Below are positions 18,001 through 27,011 of a DNA stretch of 64,000 nt, piece after piece; position 1 is the first letter of the stretch; each line of letters begins with the position of its first letter. The notes under the pieces were generated by a model. That model was given only the letters and a program-made list of their open reading frames with translations. It was not told the origin of the DNA and searched no databases. Origin of the DNA: an uncultured virus (IMG/VR IMGVR_UViG_3300021185_002316). Taxonomy: Duplodnaviria > Heunggongvirae > Uroviricota > Caudoviricetes. Where the stretch lies: IMG/VR virus record IMGVR_UViG_3300021185_002316. One strand, written 5' to 3'. Position numbers and translations under genes: made by a program.

Positions 18001-21000
18001 TAAGAATAGTTTAGCAGGGGCTACTCACATTAAACCTATTTATATGGTTAACAATCTTGTGTGGAATGGTCCAACTTTAAAGCAAGATAAAAAATCGTTA
18101 ACTACAATAGTAGACTACGATCCATTAACACCTAATGAATTGAAACAGCATTGGGGATACGATGTAGAATTTAATTGCTATGCTGAAGATATTAACTCTG
18201 CAATATTTATAGGGTTAGATTATGTTTTTAATGTTCAAAAATATAATGATGCTCCTGACGTACCAGAGTATAGATTTGCAAGATTATTGAATCAAAAAGC
18301 AAAAACTTACTTAAGAGGTGATAGCATATTTGACGCAACCGCTTTAGGTTTTGGGGGTAAAATAGTAAATAATTTTGGAGAGTCTGCAATTGTTTTGTCA
18401 ACTCAGCAATATATGGGGGCTTTAACATGCGCTCCAGACGGGACTGCTTCGGATGAGTCTGACTTTTTTGGTAAAGCTCCTTTAGATGCGCCGCCTTGGT
18501 TGGTTAATCAGCCTTTAATGGCTAGTATATCAAATAGTAATTCCGCAGACACTATTGCAAATACTCGGTATTTAAACTATATGGTAAATTTACATGCATA
18601 CAAAACAGATGTATATAAATCTATTGATAGCCAAGAGCTTGTTTGGACAGGGTATGAAGTAGTAGGAAAAGAGTTAGAAAACTTTATATTTAATGATGAC
18701 ACTACTTCAGATAAGTATTTAAATCACATAAAAGCTGGGCCTGAGTTTGTTTCAAGCGGGTACAACAAAGATACTATATATACTACTAAAAAAGACGCAA
18801 CACTTGTAGGGGCTGCTACTACTGGCTATTATACTAACGGTATTTTTGGAGGTGATACATTTATTTGTAGATACGGATTTGCGTCTGCAATAACGTCAAT
18901 TGATAATGCGTCTACGTCAAACCCTAAAAGAGCTATTTATTATAATATAGTTGAAAGCTCTGATAATATTAATTTTAGGCATGCAGAAGATAATGATAGC
19001 ATGTATTTTCCACATTCCCCTGCAAAAAATGTTTTAAAGAATGTAGGAGATAAAGATCTAACTCATCAAGATAACGTACGGTATAATGATAATTATTCTT
19101 CAGATAGTGATATAAGGACAGCTTTCCCGTTACCTCTTAGAGACACAACGCATACAGCTTTTCCTACTAGAGCACATAGAAGTGCTACTGCAGACAATAC
19201 TAGTATAATCGATAACTATAGAATCTTTTTAGCAAACCAGTATAAAGATCTACCTAAGAATAGAGGGGATTTATGGAAACTATCTAGCTTTAATAATTTA
19301 TTATATTTCCATATGGAGAACAGTCTGTTTGCTACAAAAGGTAAGCAAACAATGGAAATGAAAGATGGGACTGAAGCTTTTGTTGGAAGTGGGGATATAT
19401 TTGTTCAGCCTCCAGACGAGATACTTCAAACAGAACTTGGGTATGGAGGAACACAATCTCAGTGGGCCGCTCTTACTACAAGGTACGGATACTTTTTTGT
19501 AAATAAAAAAGACAGTAAGGTATTTTTGATGGCGCAAGCTCTTACAGATATAAGCGCTTTAGGGATGGAGTCTTGGTTTAAATCTAATTTAAAATTTGAA
19601 TTAGAGCGTTTTGGATTACCTGAAACTTTCGACAACCCTATAGTTGGTATTGGGCTTCACTCCGTATGGGACCCTGAGCAAAAAAGAATCGTTTTAACTA
19701 AAAGAGATAAAAGACCAACTCGAGAGTTTATACATAGATATGGTTCTGGAGTAAATCCATCCATACGATTTAATAATACTGCTATGCAGTACGAGCTAGT
19801 AGACAGCGTAACTACTACTACATCTACAGGGGAGGCGGGAGCTACTCCTACAGACAATTGGAATCTTTTTACTGAGCAATGGGAAGCAGGAAATGCATAT
19901 TTACTGCAGAGTTACGAAAGTTTCCAAGAATTTGGGCCTAGCGAAATACCTAATATATTACCTGCTAATGCAAGTGGGCAGTATAATTTACCGGTAGGTT
20001 CTTTAGTGCTTCTTGCTACATACAACCCATTTGGAGGATTAACTGCAACAGAGTATTTATATACTTTACCAACAGCTCCTATTGCGTATTGGGTAGATGA
20101 AGGAGGGTCTAATGCGTTAGTTATTAATACAGTAAGTAATATGGCTGCGCAATTTACTAATATAGCTGGTGTAGTAGTGTTTTATGAAAATCCTCAAACT
20201 TACGTTTCAACGTTAGAAGAAACTTCAAACACTAATGTAACGACTACTCTCATAGATTATAAGAACCCTACTTATTTTACAAATTCAGGGTGGAGTATAT
20301 CATTTAATCCTGAGATTAATGCGTGGGTGTCTTTCCATTCTTATATTCCTTATTTGTATTTTAATGCATTAGGAAGTTTTATGGCTTTAAGTGATACTGC
20401 ATCTGATATTCAAACTAATGATGCAGGTTCTAAGTTATTAGAGTTAGACAGTGTAGTATGGTCACATAGAGGTACTAATAATTTTACATATGGGCAATAT
20501 TACCAAAATTATGAAGATGCAGGTATTGATTTAGTAGAAGGTGATTTTGGAGATGACTTTCCAGAGTATTTTGATACTAACCCTTTTATCATTGATTTTG
20601 TTCATAATGAAAATAGAGCGATGGCGGCGTTATATTCTAGCATTGCATACACTGTAGATGTTGTAAACGCTAGTCAATCTAATTTATCAGAAGGAGGATT
20701 TGATCAATTTTACGTATACAATACTAACCAACTGTCTGGGCTACAAGATTTAAAGTACTTAGCTAACACAAGAAAAGTTGGGACAAATTGGAAGATTAAT
20801 TCGTTTAGAGATATGTCTAAACTATTAAAACTTGAAACATCAGATTCAGAAAATTATTGGCTTCATGGAGAAGATACTTTTCTTGGATCTCCCTTGCTTG
20901 AGTACACTACGACTACAGCAAACAATATGTTTGTTATAGACGGAATGAATGAAATTATAAATAATTCTTATATAGACAACGAAAAAATTTGGAGTTCTAG

Positions 21001-21112
21001 AAAAAAATTCGTAGACAAATGGGTAGGAATACGTTTAATTTGTCTGAATTTACGTAATAATTTAGTAAATTTGTACACCAGCTCTGTAGAAGCTAGAAAA
21101 TATTATCGATAA
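15089..21112 (+). CDS. Tail stabilisation / muzzle protein (crAss Tstab, P22 gp10-like)
   Basis: KGLFKD...YALN, YWVDDLNPPR, GYMRDETYAF, FGGDTFICRY, YGGTQSQW, WVSFHSYIP; follows Ttub. Confidence 0.8.
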   Translation: MTEKRFLKGLFKDTGQLDQPESTWRYALNAVLNTQKGAISNEAGAEYVAKIDPDFKAIGAIEISDGRVVLFLKNLTDKQAMIVLLNNNIVTVLFQPSLLFDLNFNTSYPIEGTFKIDSKGDLVVYWVDDLNPPRAFNVSRQQRSLSEGGGMFNRLYGLNAQSFQNQFDVTSHLDILNLFPSSGPVPKINISTDPLDPTIKEGGGLLTGVYYLALAYVDEDLVATNYLSISDPISIVEEFQFTKPTTKVDGAKAGSQTSKSITWVIDNLNPDYKYIRPIVIRKLGTAVDAFKLNDVANIPYATTIVSKKITFSGVEGVSSAAVADVIIDTVGYESAKTINQLDNVLYLGNVTSNKDVGFQKYANAIQVESTIEPIAHFDPFYASQDNLETGFATSAIDGGYDIDASKSYRNYILNSKYRGYMRDETYAFYVAFILKDGSMSYAYHIPGRENLYISEKTSLSAGGDMNETHMSALGPHSKKFHLLDSSSPSFLVDNFYENRISEPKQQMNYWENSTELYPDTENYDIFHIKSNGTSSNGTEIEPSIALNKTLRSENVRHHHFPSNDNYFRRSINAGHLGSSSIATASTSNYANNVDWSGTVKFYRSDSNTSSYGNVAGAANILAIHNNTKYTGDQMSAALSAGWSPPLLFQSAGLSNMINANLVGEDFYREESTAITNANNVGTVTINNGVYNGGTGIFVADQAMTISNMKFKVWWFRAESNFTTMKTRVVIETANNERYYTIPDNNITNDDWGVSGYNTFAGVNHWDYNYKNNINEMYPEATSSNGTVSGTAVPITLGIGDKMWVEGRAFIGHDPDKGIRQAGTTESDGPQQPSGSDNYWQFDIDTTPTSEYDTAGYDATISHNVQALGFHLNNFKIPKSIADKVQGFRVYRAKRNHANKTILGQDILLPMPELTTAIGACSEASTGADSILESLSGQPELFHKKEPWPGPASNYPDGYNHFSFHDFNLLRTKNSLAGATHIKPIYMVNNLVWNGPTLKQDKKSLTTIVDYDPLTPNELKQHWGYDVEFNCYAEDINSAIFIGLDYVFNVQKYNDAPDVPEYRFARLLNQKAKTYLRGDSIFDATALGFGGKIVNNFGESAIVLSTQQYMGALTCAPDGTASDESDFFGKAPLDAPPWLVNQPLMASISNSNSADTIANTRYLNYMVNLHAYKTDVYKSIDSQELVWTGYEVVGKELENFIFNDDTTSDKYLNHIKAGPEFVSSGYNKDTIYTTKKDATLVGAATTGYYTNGIFGGDTFICRYGFASAITSIDNASTSNPKRAIYYNIVESSDNINFRHAEDNDSMYFPHSPAKNVLKNVGDKDLTHQDNVRYNDNYSSDSDIRTAFPLPLRDTTHTAFPTRAHRSATADNTSIIDNYRIFLANQYKDLPKNRGDLWKLSSFNNLLYFHMENSLFATKGKQTMEMKDGTEAFVGSGDIFVQPPDEILQTELGYGGTQSQWAALTTRYGYFFVNKKDSKVFLMAQALTDISALGMESWFKSNLKFELERFGLPETFDNPIVGIGLHSVWDPEQKRIVLTKRDKRPTREFIHRYGSGVNPSIRFNNTAMQYELVDSVTTTTSTGEAGATPTDNWNLFTEQWEAGNAYLLQSYESFQEFGPSEIPNILPANASGQYNLPVGSLVLLATYNPFGGLTATEYLYTLPTAPIAYWVDEGGSNALVINTVSNMAAQFTNIAGVVVFYENPQTYVSTLEETSNTNVTTTLIDYKNPTYFTNSGWSISFNPEINAWVSFHSYIPYLYFNALGSFMALSDTASDIQTNDAGSKLLELDSVVWSHRGTNNFTYGQYYQNYEDAGIDLVEGDFGDDFPEYFDTNPFIIDFVHNENRAMAALYSSIAYTVDVVNASQSNLSEGGFDQFYVYNTNQLSGLQDLKYLANTRKVGTNWKINSFRDMSKLLKLETSDSENYWLHGEDTFLGSPLLEYTTTTANNMFVIDGMNEIINNSYIDNEKIWSSRKKFVDKWVGIRLICLNLRNNLVNLYTSSVEARKYYR

Positions 21113-22035
21113 TGTCAAAATATAAAATAAATAAAAAACGAAAACGATATTTACCGGGAGGTATGTATGATCCTAACACAATACCTGCAGGAATAGGCCA
21201 AAACTCTACAAGTAATATTGTGTACGAAGAGTCTAATCCGCAAGCTCAAGCTCAAGCTTCTGCTGCTTTTACTTCTGATGTAGATAAGATACAACAAAAG
21301 AGTACAAACTTAGCATCTGAAATCAAAACTGATGCGCAGAAAAATGAAATGGAAGTTCAAGCAAATGCCGATAATTTAAAAAAAAGGTTTGGTACTGGAG
21401 AACAAGTTTTATCTAAAGGTTTACAGCTTGGAGCTAAAGAGTTAGGGTTTACTGCCGGAAAAAACATGTTATCTGAAGGAACTAAATTTGCTAGTAGTAA
21501 GCTAGGAACTAAATTCTTAGGTACTAAGTTTGCTCAAAAACAACTAGCAAAACAAGCTGCTAAACAAGGGGCAAAACAACTTGGTAAAACAGCTGCTACA
21601 GCATCTAAGATAAATCCTTGGGGAGTAGGAGCTTTAGCAGGTAAAGGTTTGTCTATGGTGTCTGATGATGGGGACGCTACTAAATGGAATGCAGGTGAAG
21701 TTATAGGTGATGTAGGAGGTTCTGCTGCTACAGGGGCGCAACTTGGATCTATGCTGTTACCTGGTATTGGAACTGCAATTGGAGGTATTGCAGGCGGTTT
21801 GTACGGACTTGGTAAAGGACTGTTCCAAAGACGTAAAGCTCGTAGAGAAAAAAGTGCAAACGAAGCAGAATTATTAAATAAAACAGTAAAAGGTAATAGA
21901 GAGCAAGAAAATAATTTTGCACAAAGCCTTACACAAAAATTAAATGCTGAAGCATATGGTAAAACATACGCTGGATTTGATTTTGGAAATAACATGGGAA
22001 CTAAGCGTTACGGCGGGTTAAAATATAAAAGATAA
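21112..22035 (+). CDS. Ejected cargo protein with glycine-zipper hydrophobic hairpin
   Basis: GAQLGSMLLPGIGTAIGGIAGGLYGLGKG; no Cys; located after the muzzle gene. Confidence 0.65.
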   Translation: MSKYKINKKRKRYLPGGMYDPNTIPAGIGQNSTSNIVYEESNPQAQAQASAAFTSDVDKIQQKSTNLASEIKTDAQKNEMEVQANADNLKKRFGTGEQVLSKGLQLGAKELGFTAGKNMLSEGTKFASSKLGTKFLGTKFAQKQLAKQAAKQGAKQLGKTAATASKINPWGVGALAGKGLSMVSDDGDATKWNAGEVIGDVGGSAATGAQLGSMLLPGIGTAIGGIAGGLYGLGKGLFQRRKARREKSANEAELLNKTVKGNREQENNFAQSLTQKLNAEAYGKTYAGFDFGNNMGTKRYGGLKYKR

Positions 22036-24722
22036 TGGCTGATAATAAAAATAAGAAGAATAAAAAGAAATACACAGGACCACAGTTAATCAAAAGCCCT
22101 GACGTATATACAGGAGATCAGTATTCTAACATGATGGATGAGATTACTATAACTGATAAAAATCCTAATTTAGTTGACTATCCTGGATTAAATGTTTTGG
22201 GTCAACAACTAATAGAACCTAGCCGAGGTAGAAAAAAAGAAATGAATTTTTGGACCGGAGACAAAAGAGAATGGGACGAACACGGAAATGAATTGGCATA
22301 TGAGGATGCTAATAGGGAGGTTTCAGGTATAGCCCCAATGCCTAGTGGTAGCCTTAAAGGGTTAGTTAGTCTAGCAAAAAATATTCCTCAGCTTATTAAA
22401 AATGTACCTAAGTATGCAAAGCAATTAAAAAGTTTAAGAGGAGTTATAAATCCAGCTAAATTTGCATCAGATGGTTCTAGAATAGATCCTTCTAAAGTAA
22501 CTAAGGCTATTAAAAGTATTACTAAAACAGGAAAATCTAAAGTAAAACCTAATATAACACAGGCAGCAGATGACGCTACAAAAGTAGAAACTCTTAAAAA
22601 CTTTGCTAGAAACACAGGAGAAAGATTTAAAGCAGGTGTACAAAATGCAGAGCTACCTAAAGCTATAACTAAGCCAATTCAAAATCTAAAAACTAAAGTA
22701 ACTCCTAACGTAAAAGATCTTCCACAAACTGTAAAAGGTAAAGGAGACGCAGCGCAGTCTATTCCTAATTGGAGAACTAAAGAAGTTAAAGACGCTATCT
22801 CAAGTGGTAAAATACGTAAATTAAAAGACGGTACTTACGAAGGTGTAACTCCAGAATGGGTTAGCAAAGTTGAAGAGTATGGTCCAAGTGTATTAAAAGC
22901 TTTACTAGGGGGAGGCGCGATTACAGGAGGAATTCAAGCATTTTTTAATTCAGGGGATGAAAAGAAAAAAGAGTATGGAGGAATGTACTCTAAGGCTAAG
23001 CAGTATATGCAAGGAGGAATGCAGCAACTTCCAGGAGGCGTTATGCAACCAATTGGTGGAGGAGCTGTTGAATTTATAGGTAATGAGCACGATGAGTCAG
23101 GTATGGGGTCAGAAAGCGGTATATTACTAGATGAACAAACTGAGGTAGAAAATGGAGAAACAATGACTCAAGTTGCAGCCCAAGGTGGAATGAAAGATTA
23201 TTTCTTTTCTAATAAGCTAAAATCTGGGGGGATGACTTTTGCTGACAAGCATAAAGAAATGCTAAATAATGGTGCCGGGCAAGAGCAAGTTAATTATTTA
23301 GCTAAAATGCAAGAGGCTGTAGCAGGGCGCAACCCTGGCGACATTAAAGCAGCATACGGAGGAATACGTAGATATGATGAAGCAGGTTTTAAAGATTCTT
23401 CATCTGAAGAAGATGATCCAAATTATAACCCAGAAGAAGCAAACATGCCAGCAGTAAATCTTGTTGAAGAAATGCCACGTCTTAAAATGTACACTGATAC
23501 TTACGACGCAGTAGAGAAAGCAGCGCAAGAGTCTGGGTTTAGCATGGGAGATAGAGCCGCTGATAGAGGTAAAGAAGGAGTAGCTAGAATGCAAAAAGAA
23601 GGTGAAGATGGTGTTTTTGGTGATGGAGATTTTAATTCAGAAGAAGCTAGAGAAGATTTTTATAAAAGAAATAAAACTATATTAAATGAAATGGGTGTAA
23701 ATTCACCGCAAGAATTTAATCCAAAAGAAATGACCGGGGAGTTTCAATCTAAGTTCAATGAAAAGTTAAATTCAAGATGGGATACTGACGAAAGTTTTAG
23801 AACTTCTATGGAAGGTAAAGGTATTACAAAAGATCAGTATCTATCAACTGGATTCTCAGGAGAGAAAGGTATGGGCGCTCTAGATGGAGACTACGGCGAG
23901 TACTCTTTTAGTAGAACGTCTGAGTTTGGAGATGCTGCTACAAAAGGTAAAGAAAAGTTTGTAAAATCAGATCTAGATTTTAGTGAAGAGTATGAGCAAT
24001 CTTTAAAAGAAGATGAAAAGGATGATGTAGAAGAAGAAACAAAAAAAGATAATACTTCTACTTATCTTGCAGCATTATCAGGAATACCTGCAGCAATGGC
24101 GTTTGCGGACACTCCTGATACAATGAAAAATCCAGATATAGTAAATCCTGGAATTGTAATGGCTGAACGCCAAGGCAGAGAAAACTTAGATCGAGTAGAT
24201 TACACAAATCTGTTAAGCTCTAACACTCAAGATAATCAAGCTTTAATGCAAGCTATTGATAACCAAGGGGGCGGTAGTACAGGTTTGGTAAATAAGATGG
24301 CAGCATTAGCTAATAAACGTAAAGCAGATTTAGCAATTAAAGGAAAAGAGTCAGAAGTTAATACAACTATAGGTAATCAAGAAACACAAATGAACGCTCA
24401 GATTGAATCAGGTAATGTTTCAAGAGCTTTAAATGCAAGTACGACAAACGCAGGTAATATTTTAAATGCTTCAAATGCTAACGCTGCTAATAAAATGAGA
24501 GTAGATGACTTTAATGCGGCCGCAAAAGCTGCAACAAAAGACAGAAAATTAGGAGCTGCGCAATACACAGTAGAAGCTTTGCAGCAGCTTCATAGAGATA
24601 AACTGGCATATAAAGCTAGTAGCGGAGTGACTGCTGCATTATCTGGTGAGACAGACATTGACAAGCGTAAAGGTATGGAAGCGCTTTACAAGCAGCATGG
24701 CGTAGATTATAACAAATCTTAA
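22035..24722 (+). CDS. Ejected cargo protein (crAss cargo-1-like)
   Basis: GNEHDESG...TEVENGET...YFFSNKL...TFAD motif; repeated xxGG motifs; Asn/Ala/Gln coiled-coil C-terminus; no Cys. Confidence 0.65.
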   Translation: MADNKNKKNKKKYTGPQLIKSPDVYTGDQYSNMMDEITITDKNPNLVDYPGLNVLGQQLIEPSRGRKKEMNFWTGDKREWDEHGNELAYEDANREVSGIAPMPSGSLKGLVSLAKNIPQLIKNVPKYAKQLKSLRGVINPAKFASDGSRIDPSKVTKAIKSITKTGKSKVKPNITQAADDATKVETLKNFARNTGERFKAGVQNAELPKAITKPIQNLKTKVTPNVKDLPQTVKGKGDAAQSIPNWRTKEVKDAISSGKIRKLKDGTYEGVTPEWVSKVEEYGPSVLKALLGGGAITGGIQAFFNSGDEKKKEYGGMYSKAKQYMQGGMQQLPGGVMQPIGGGAVEFIGNEHDESGMGSESGILLDEQTEVENGETMTQVAAQGGMKDYFFSNKLKSGGMTFADKHKEMLNNGAGQEQVNYLAKMQEAVAGRNPGDIKAAYGGIRRYDEAGFKDSSSEEDDPNYNPEEANMPAVNLVEEMPRLKMYTDTYDAVEKAAQESGFSMGDRAADRGKEGVARMQKEGEDGVFGDGDFNSEEAREDFYKRNKTILNEMGVNSPQEFNPKEMTGEFQSKFNEKLNSRWDTDESFRTSMEGKGITKDQYLSTGFSGEKGMGALDGDYGEYSFSRTSEFGDAATKGKEKFVKSDLDFSEEYEQSLKEDEKDDVEEETKKDNTSTYLAALSGIPAAMAFADTPDTMKNPDIVNPGIVMAERQGRENLDRVDYTNLLSSNTQDNQALMQAIDNQGGGSTGLVNKMAALANKRKADLAIKGKESEVNTTIGNQETQMNAQIESGNVSRALNASTTNAGNILNASNANAANKMRVDDFNAAAKAATKDRKLGAAQYTVEALQQLHRDKLAYKASSGVTAALSGETDIDKRKGMEALYKQHGVDYNKS

Positions 24723-24731
24723 ATAAACAAT

Positions 24732-27011
24732 ATGGCTAATAAGTATAGTAAGTACCAGTTAAAACCTTTTGCTAGTCAGTATGTTGATCCGCAAGGTGAT
24801 AAAATTATGGAAATTTACCGTAAAAGGTATGACCAAAATAAACAGAAAAAAAATCAACTAGATCAATTATACGCAAATATAAATAGTGTATCTACTGCAG
24901 ACGAAGGAATTTTAAATCAAGCTAAAGAACAAACTAAACAATCTTTACAAAGTATAGTACAATCAGGCGCTTACGAAGACGCTGGTATAGCTTTAGATGA
25001 TGCAGTACAAGATTTTGCTACTAACAAAGGTTTAATAGCTGTTTCAAAGTCTTACCAAGTTAGAGAAAAAGAAAAAGAGTGGCAAGCAAAGGCTACAGCT
25101 GAAGGAAAGAAAGTACTAGATTTTGGTAGAGACGCTACAAAAAATCATTCTTCTTGGACGTTAGATCCAGAAACAGGAGAGTACAAAGAAAATATATACA
25201 CCCCTAAAAGCGAAATGCAGCATGATTATAATGCTGCGATAAAAAGTTATATGCCTACTATAAAGGCAGATGCGTCTGGTATTTCGCAAGGACGTATGAA
25301 TCAGCTAGCAACTCGTATTATGGGAGGGTACCTTCAAAGCCCTGAAGGAGACCAGCATTTAAGAAATCTTATGCAATTGCAGTATGATCAAAATCTTCCT
25401 GAAGAACAAAGACAACAGATGGCTATGGATAGCATCTTTAAAGCGGTTAGGCTTCACACAGATGAGCAAGTACATAGTAAAGCTGCTAGTAGTGAAAGCC
25501 AAGAATTAAATGCTAGACAAAATGCTGTTGTTAATAGTATTATGGGTGGAAGCCATACTTCAGTAAATTCAGGATACACGGCAGCAGATATTACAGATTT
25601 AGAAGATAGATCTGCTCTTGATGGAACTAACTTGTATTTTGCTGATAAAATAATCGAAGCTGAAAGTAACGGTAAAACTAAACTCGCACAGGATTATAGA
25701 AATATATTAGACAATTTAGGAAATGTAATGCTAAATGAGGGGACGTTTAATGAAGAAGAAGCAGCTCTTTATAAAAAATACGAATCTGACTTATGGAAAG
25801 ATTCTAAAGATGTTGAGAAGTTTGGTACTATGATTAAGTATATGACTGAAGATCAATGGACTCCAGACTTTAGTATGCAAGGAGGCATCATGGGCGATTG
25901 GATGTCTAGAACAGGCGTAGCTCTTGGTATAGCCGGAGCAGTTAGTGGAGGAGCGGCTTTAACTGGTGTTGGAGCAGTAGTGGCGCCTTTTGCTTTTCTG
26001 GGAGCAGGAGTTTACGCAGCGGGAGATTTAGCTGTTAGTTTAGCTTCATACACTTTAGATGGCTTTGGGAATGTTAGAGATGTTATGAGACCGGAAACTC
26101 CAGGTATAGGCCGGGGATTAGGATTTGTAGATTCTGAGCAAACGCAATTAATGCAAAACGTTGAAAATTTAGATAGAGTAAATAATATATTAGGTACAGA
26201 ATTTACTGAGAAAGATTTACCAATGCTAAAAACTAAAGCATTAGAATATTTTAAATATAAAACAGAAGGAGAGAACGGTATTACCGGAGATCAGATTGCT
26301 GAAAAAACTCATAGTTATGAGGGATCTGTATTTGAAGGTGAAGTGTGGAAACCATCTACCACTGAAGAAGGTAAAAAAGCTACTACAGCAATAACTTCTG
26401 CACTAAAAGGATACAACGTAAATGACTTTAGATTTGTTGGTGTAGATGAAGGTAGCGATATACACAAAGAAATAACTGAAGGAAAAATAGATGGGTTAGT
26501 TTATCAAGGAGCTATTGGTGGAGATATAATGGGAGATATTCCTGCGCGTCTTATGTTTAAAACTCAAAGCGGTAACTTAGTGATAGCAGAAACTAAAACG
26601 GGAGCGCAAAATGGTACTAGAAGTACTGTTGGAGATATTTTAGCAGCTGCAGGAAAATTAAACTTTTTAGTAGGTGACATAGCAAGGCAAGAAATTAACC
26701 AAATAAGAGACTCTGAAAATAGAGATGTAAATTTAGTTGATCTTAATAATTCTATTTATAGAGCTACTCAGCAAATTGGGGGTGAACAAGGTTTATCTCA
26801 GCAAGCACAGTTTATTACATATCAAGAAACTTTTAAGCAATACTTAATGAAAGTTCCGCAAGCTATGTCTAGAATAAGCGCAGCAATGAAGCCTTTTGAA
26901 GGTTTACAACAAACAAATCCAGAAGCTTACGAGAATGAGTTAAATAGGTTTATCTTTGAAGGAGATGAAAATCAACCGCCTTTAATTAAATTACCATTAA
27001 AACTTAAATAA
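24732..27011 (+). CDS. Ejected cargo protein with central hydrophobic hairpin
   Basis: N-terminal YxSQYV-like helical domain; GVALGIAGAVSGGAALTGVGAVVAPFAFLGAG; no Cys. Confidence 0.6.
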   Translation: MANKYSKYQLKPFASQYVDPQGDKIMEIYRKRYDQNKQKKNQLDQLYANINSVSTADEGILNQAKEQTKQSLQSIVQSGAYEDAGIALDDAVQDFATNKGLIAVSKSYQVREKEKEWQAKATAEGKKVLDFGRDATKNHSSWTLDPETGEYKENIYTPKSEMQHDYNAAIKSYMPTIKADASGISQGRMNQLATRIMGGYLQSPEGDQHLRNLMQLQYDQNLPEEQRQQMAMDSIFKAVRLHTDEQVHSKAASSESQELNARQNAVVNSIMGGSHTSVNSGYTAADITDLEDRSALDGTNLYFADKIIEAESNGKTKLAQDYRNILDNLGNVMLNEGTFNEEEAALYKKYESDLWKDSKDVEKFGTMIKYMTEDQWTPDFSMQGGIMGDWMSRTGVALGIAGAVSGGAALTGVGAVVAPFAFLGAGVYAAGDLAVSLASYTLDGFGNVRDVMRPETPGIGRGLGFVDSEQTQLMQNVENLDRVNNILGTEFTEKDLPMLKTKALEYFKYKTEGENGITGDQIAEKTHSYEGSVFEGEVWKPSTTEEGKKATTAITSALKGYNVNDFRFVGVDEGSDIHKEITEGKIDGLVYQGAIGGDIMGDIPARLMFKTQSGNLVIAETKTGAQNGTRSTVGDILAAAGKLNFLVGDIARQEINQIRDSENRDVNLVDLNNSIYRATQQIGGEQGLSQQAQFITYQETFKQYLMKVPQAMSRISAAMKPFEGLQQTNPEAYENELNRFIFEGDENQPPLIKLPLKLK

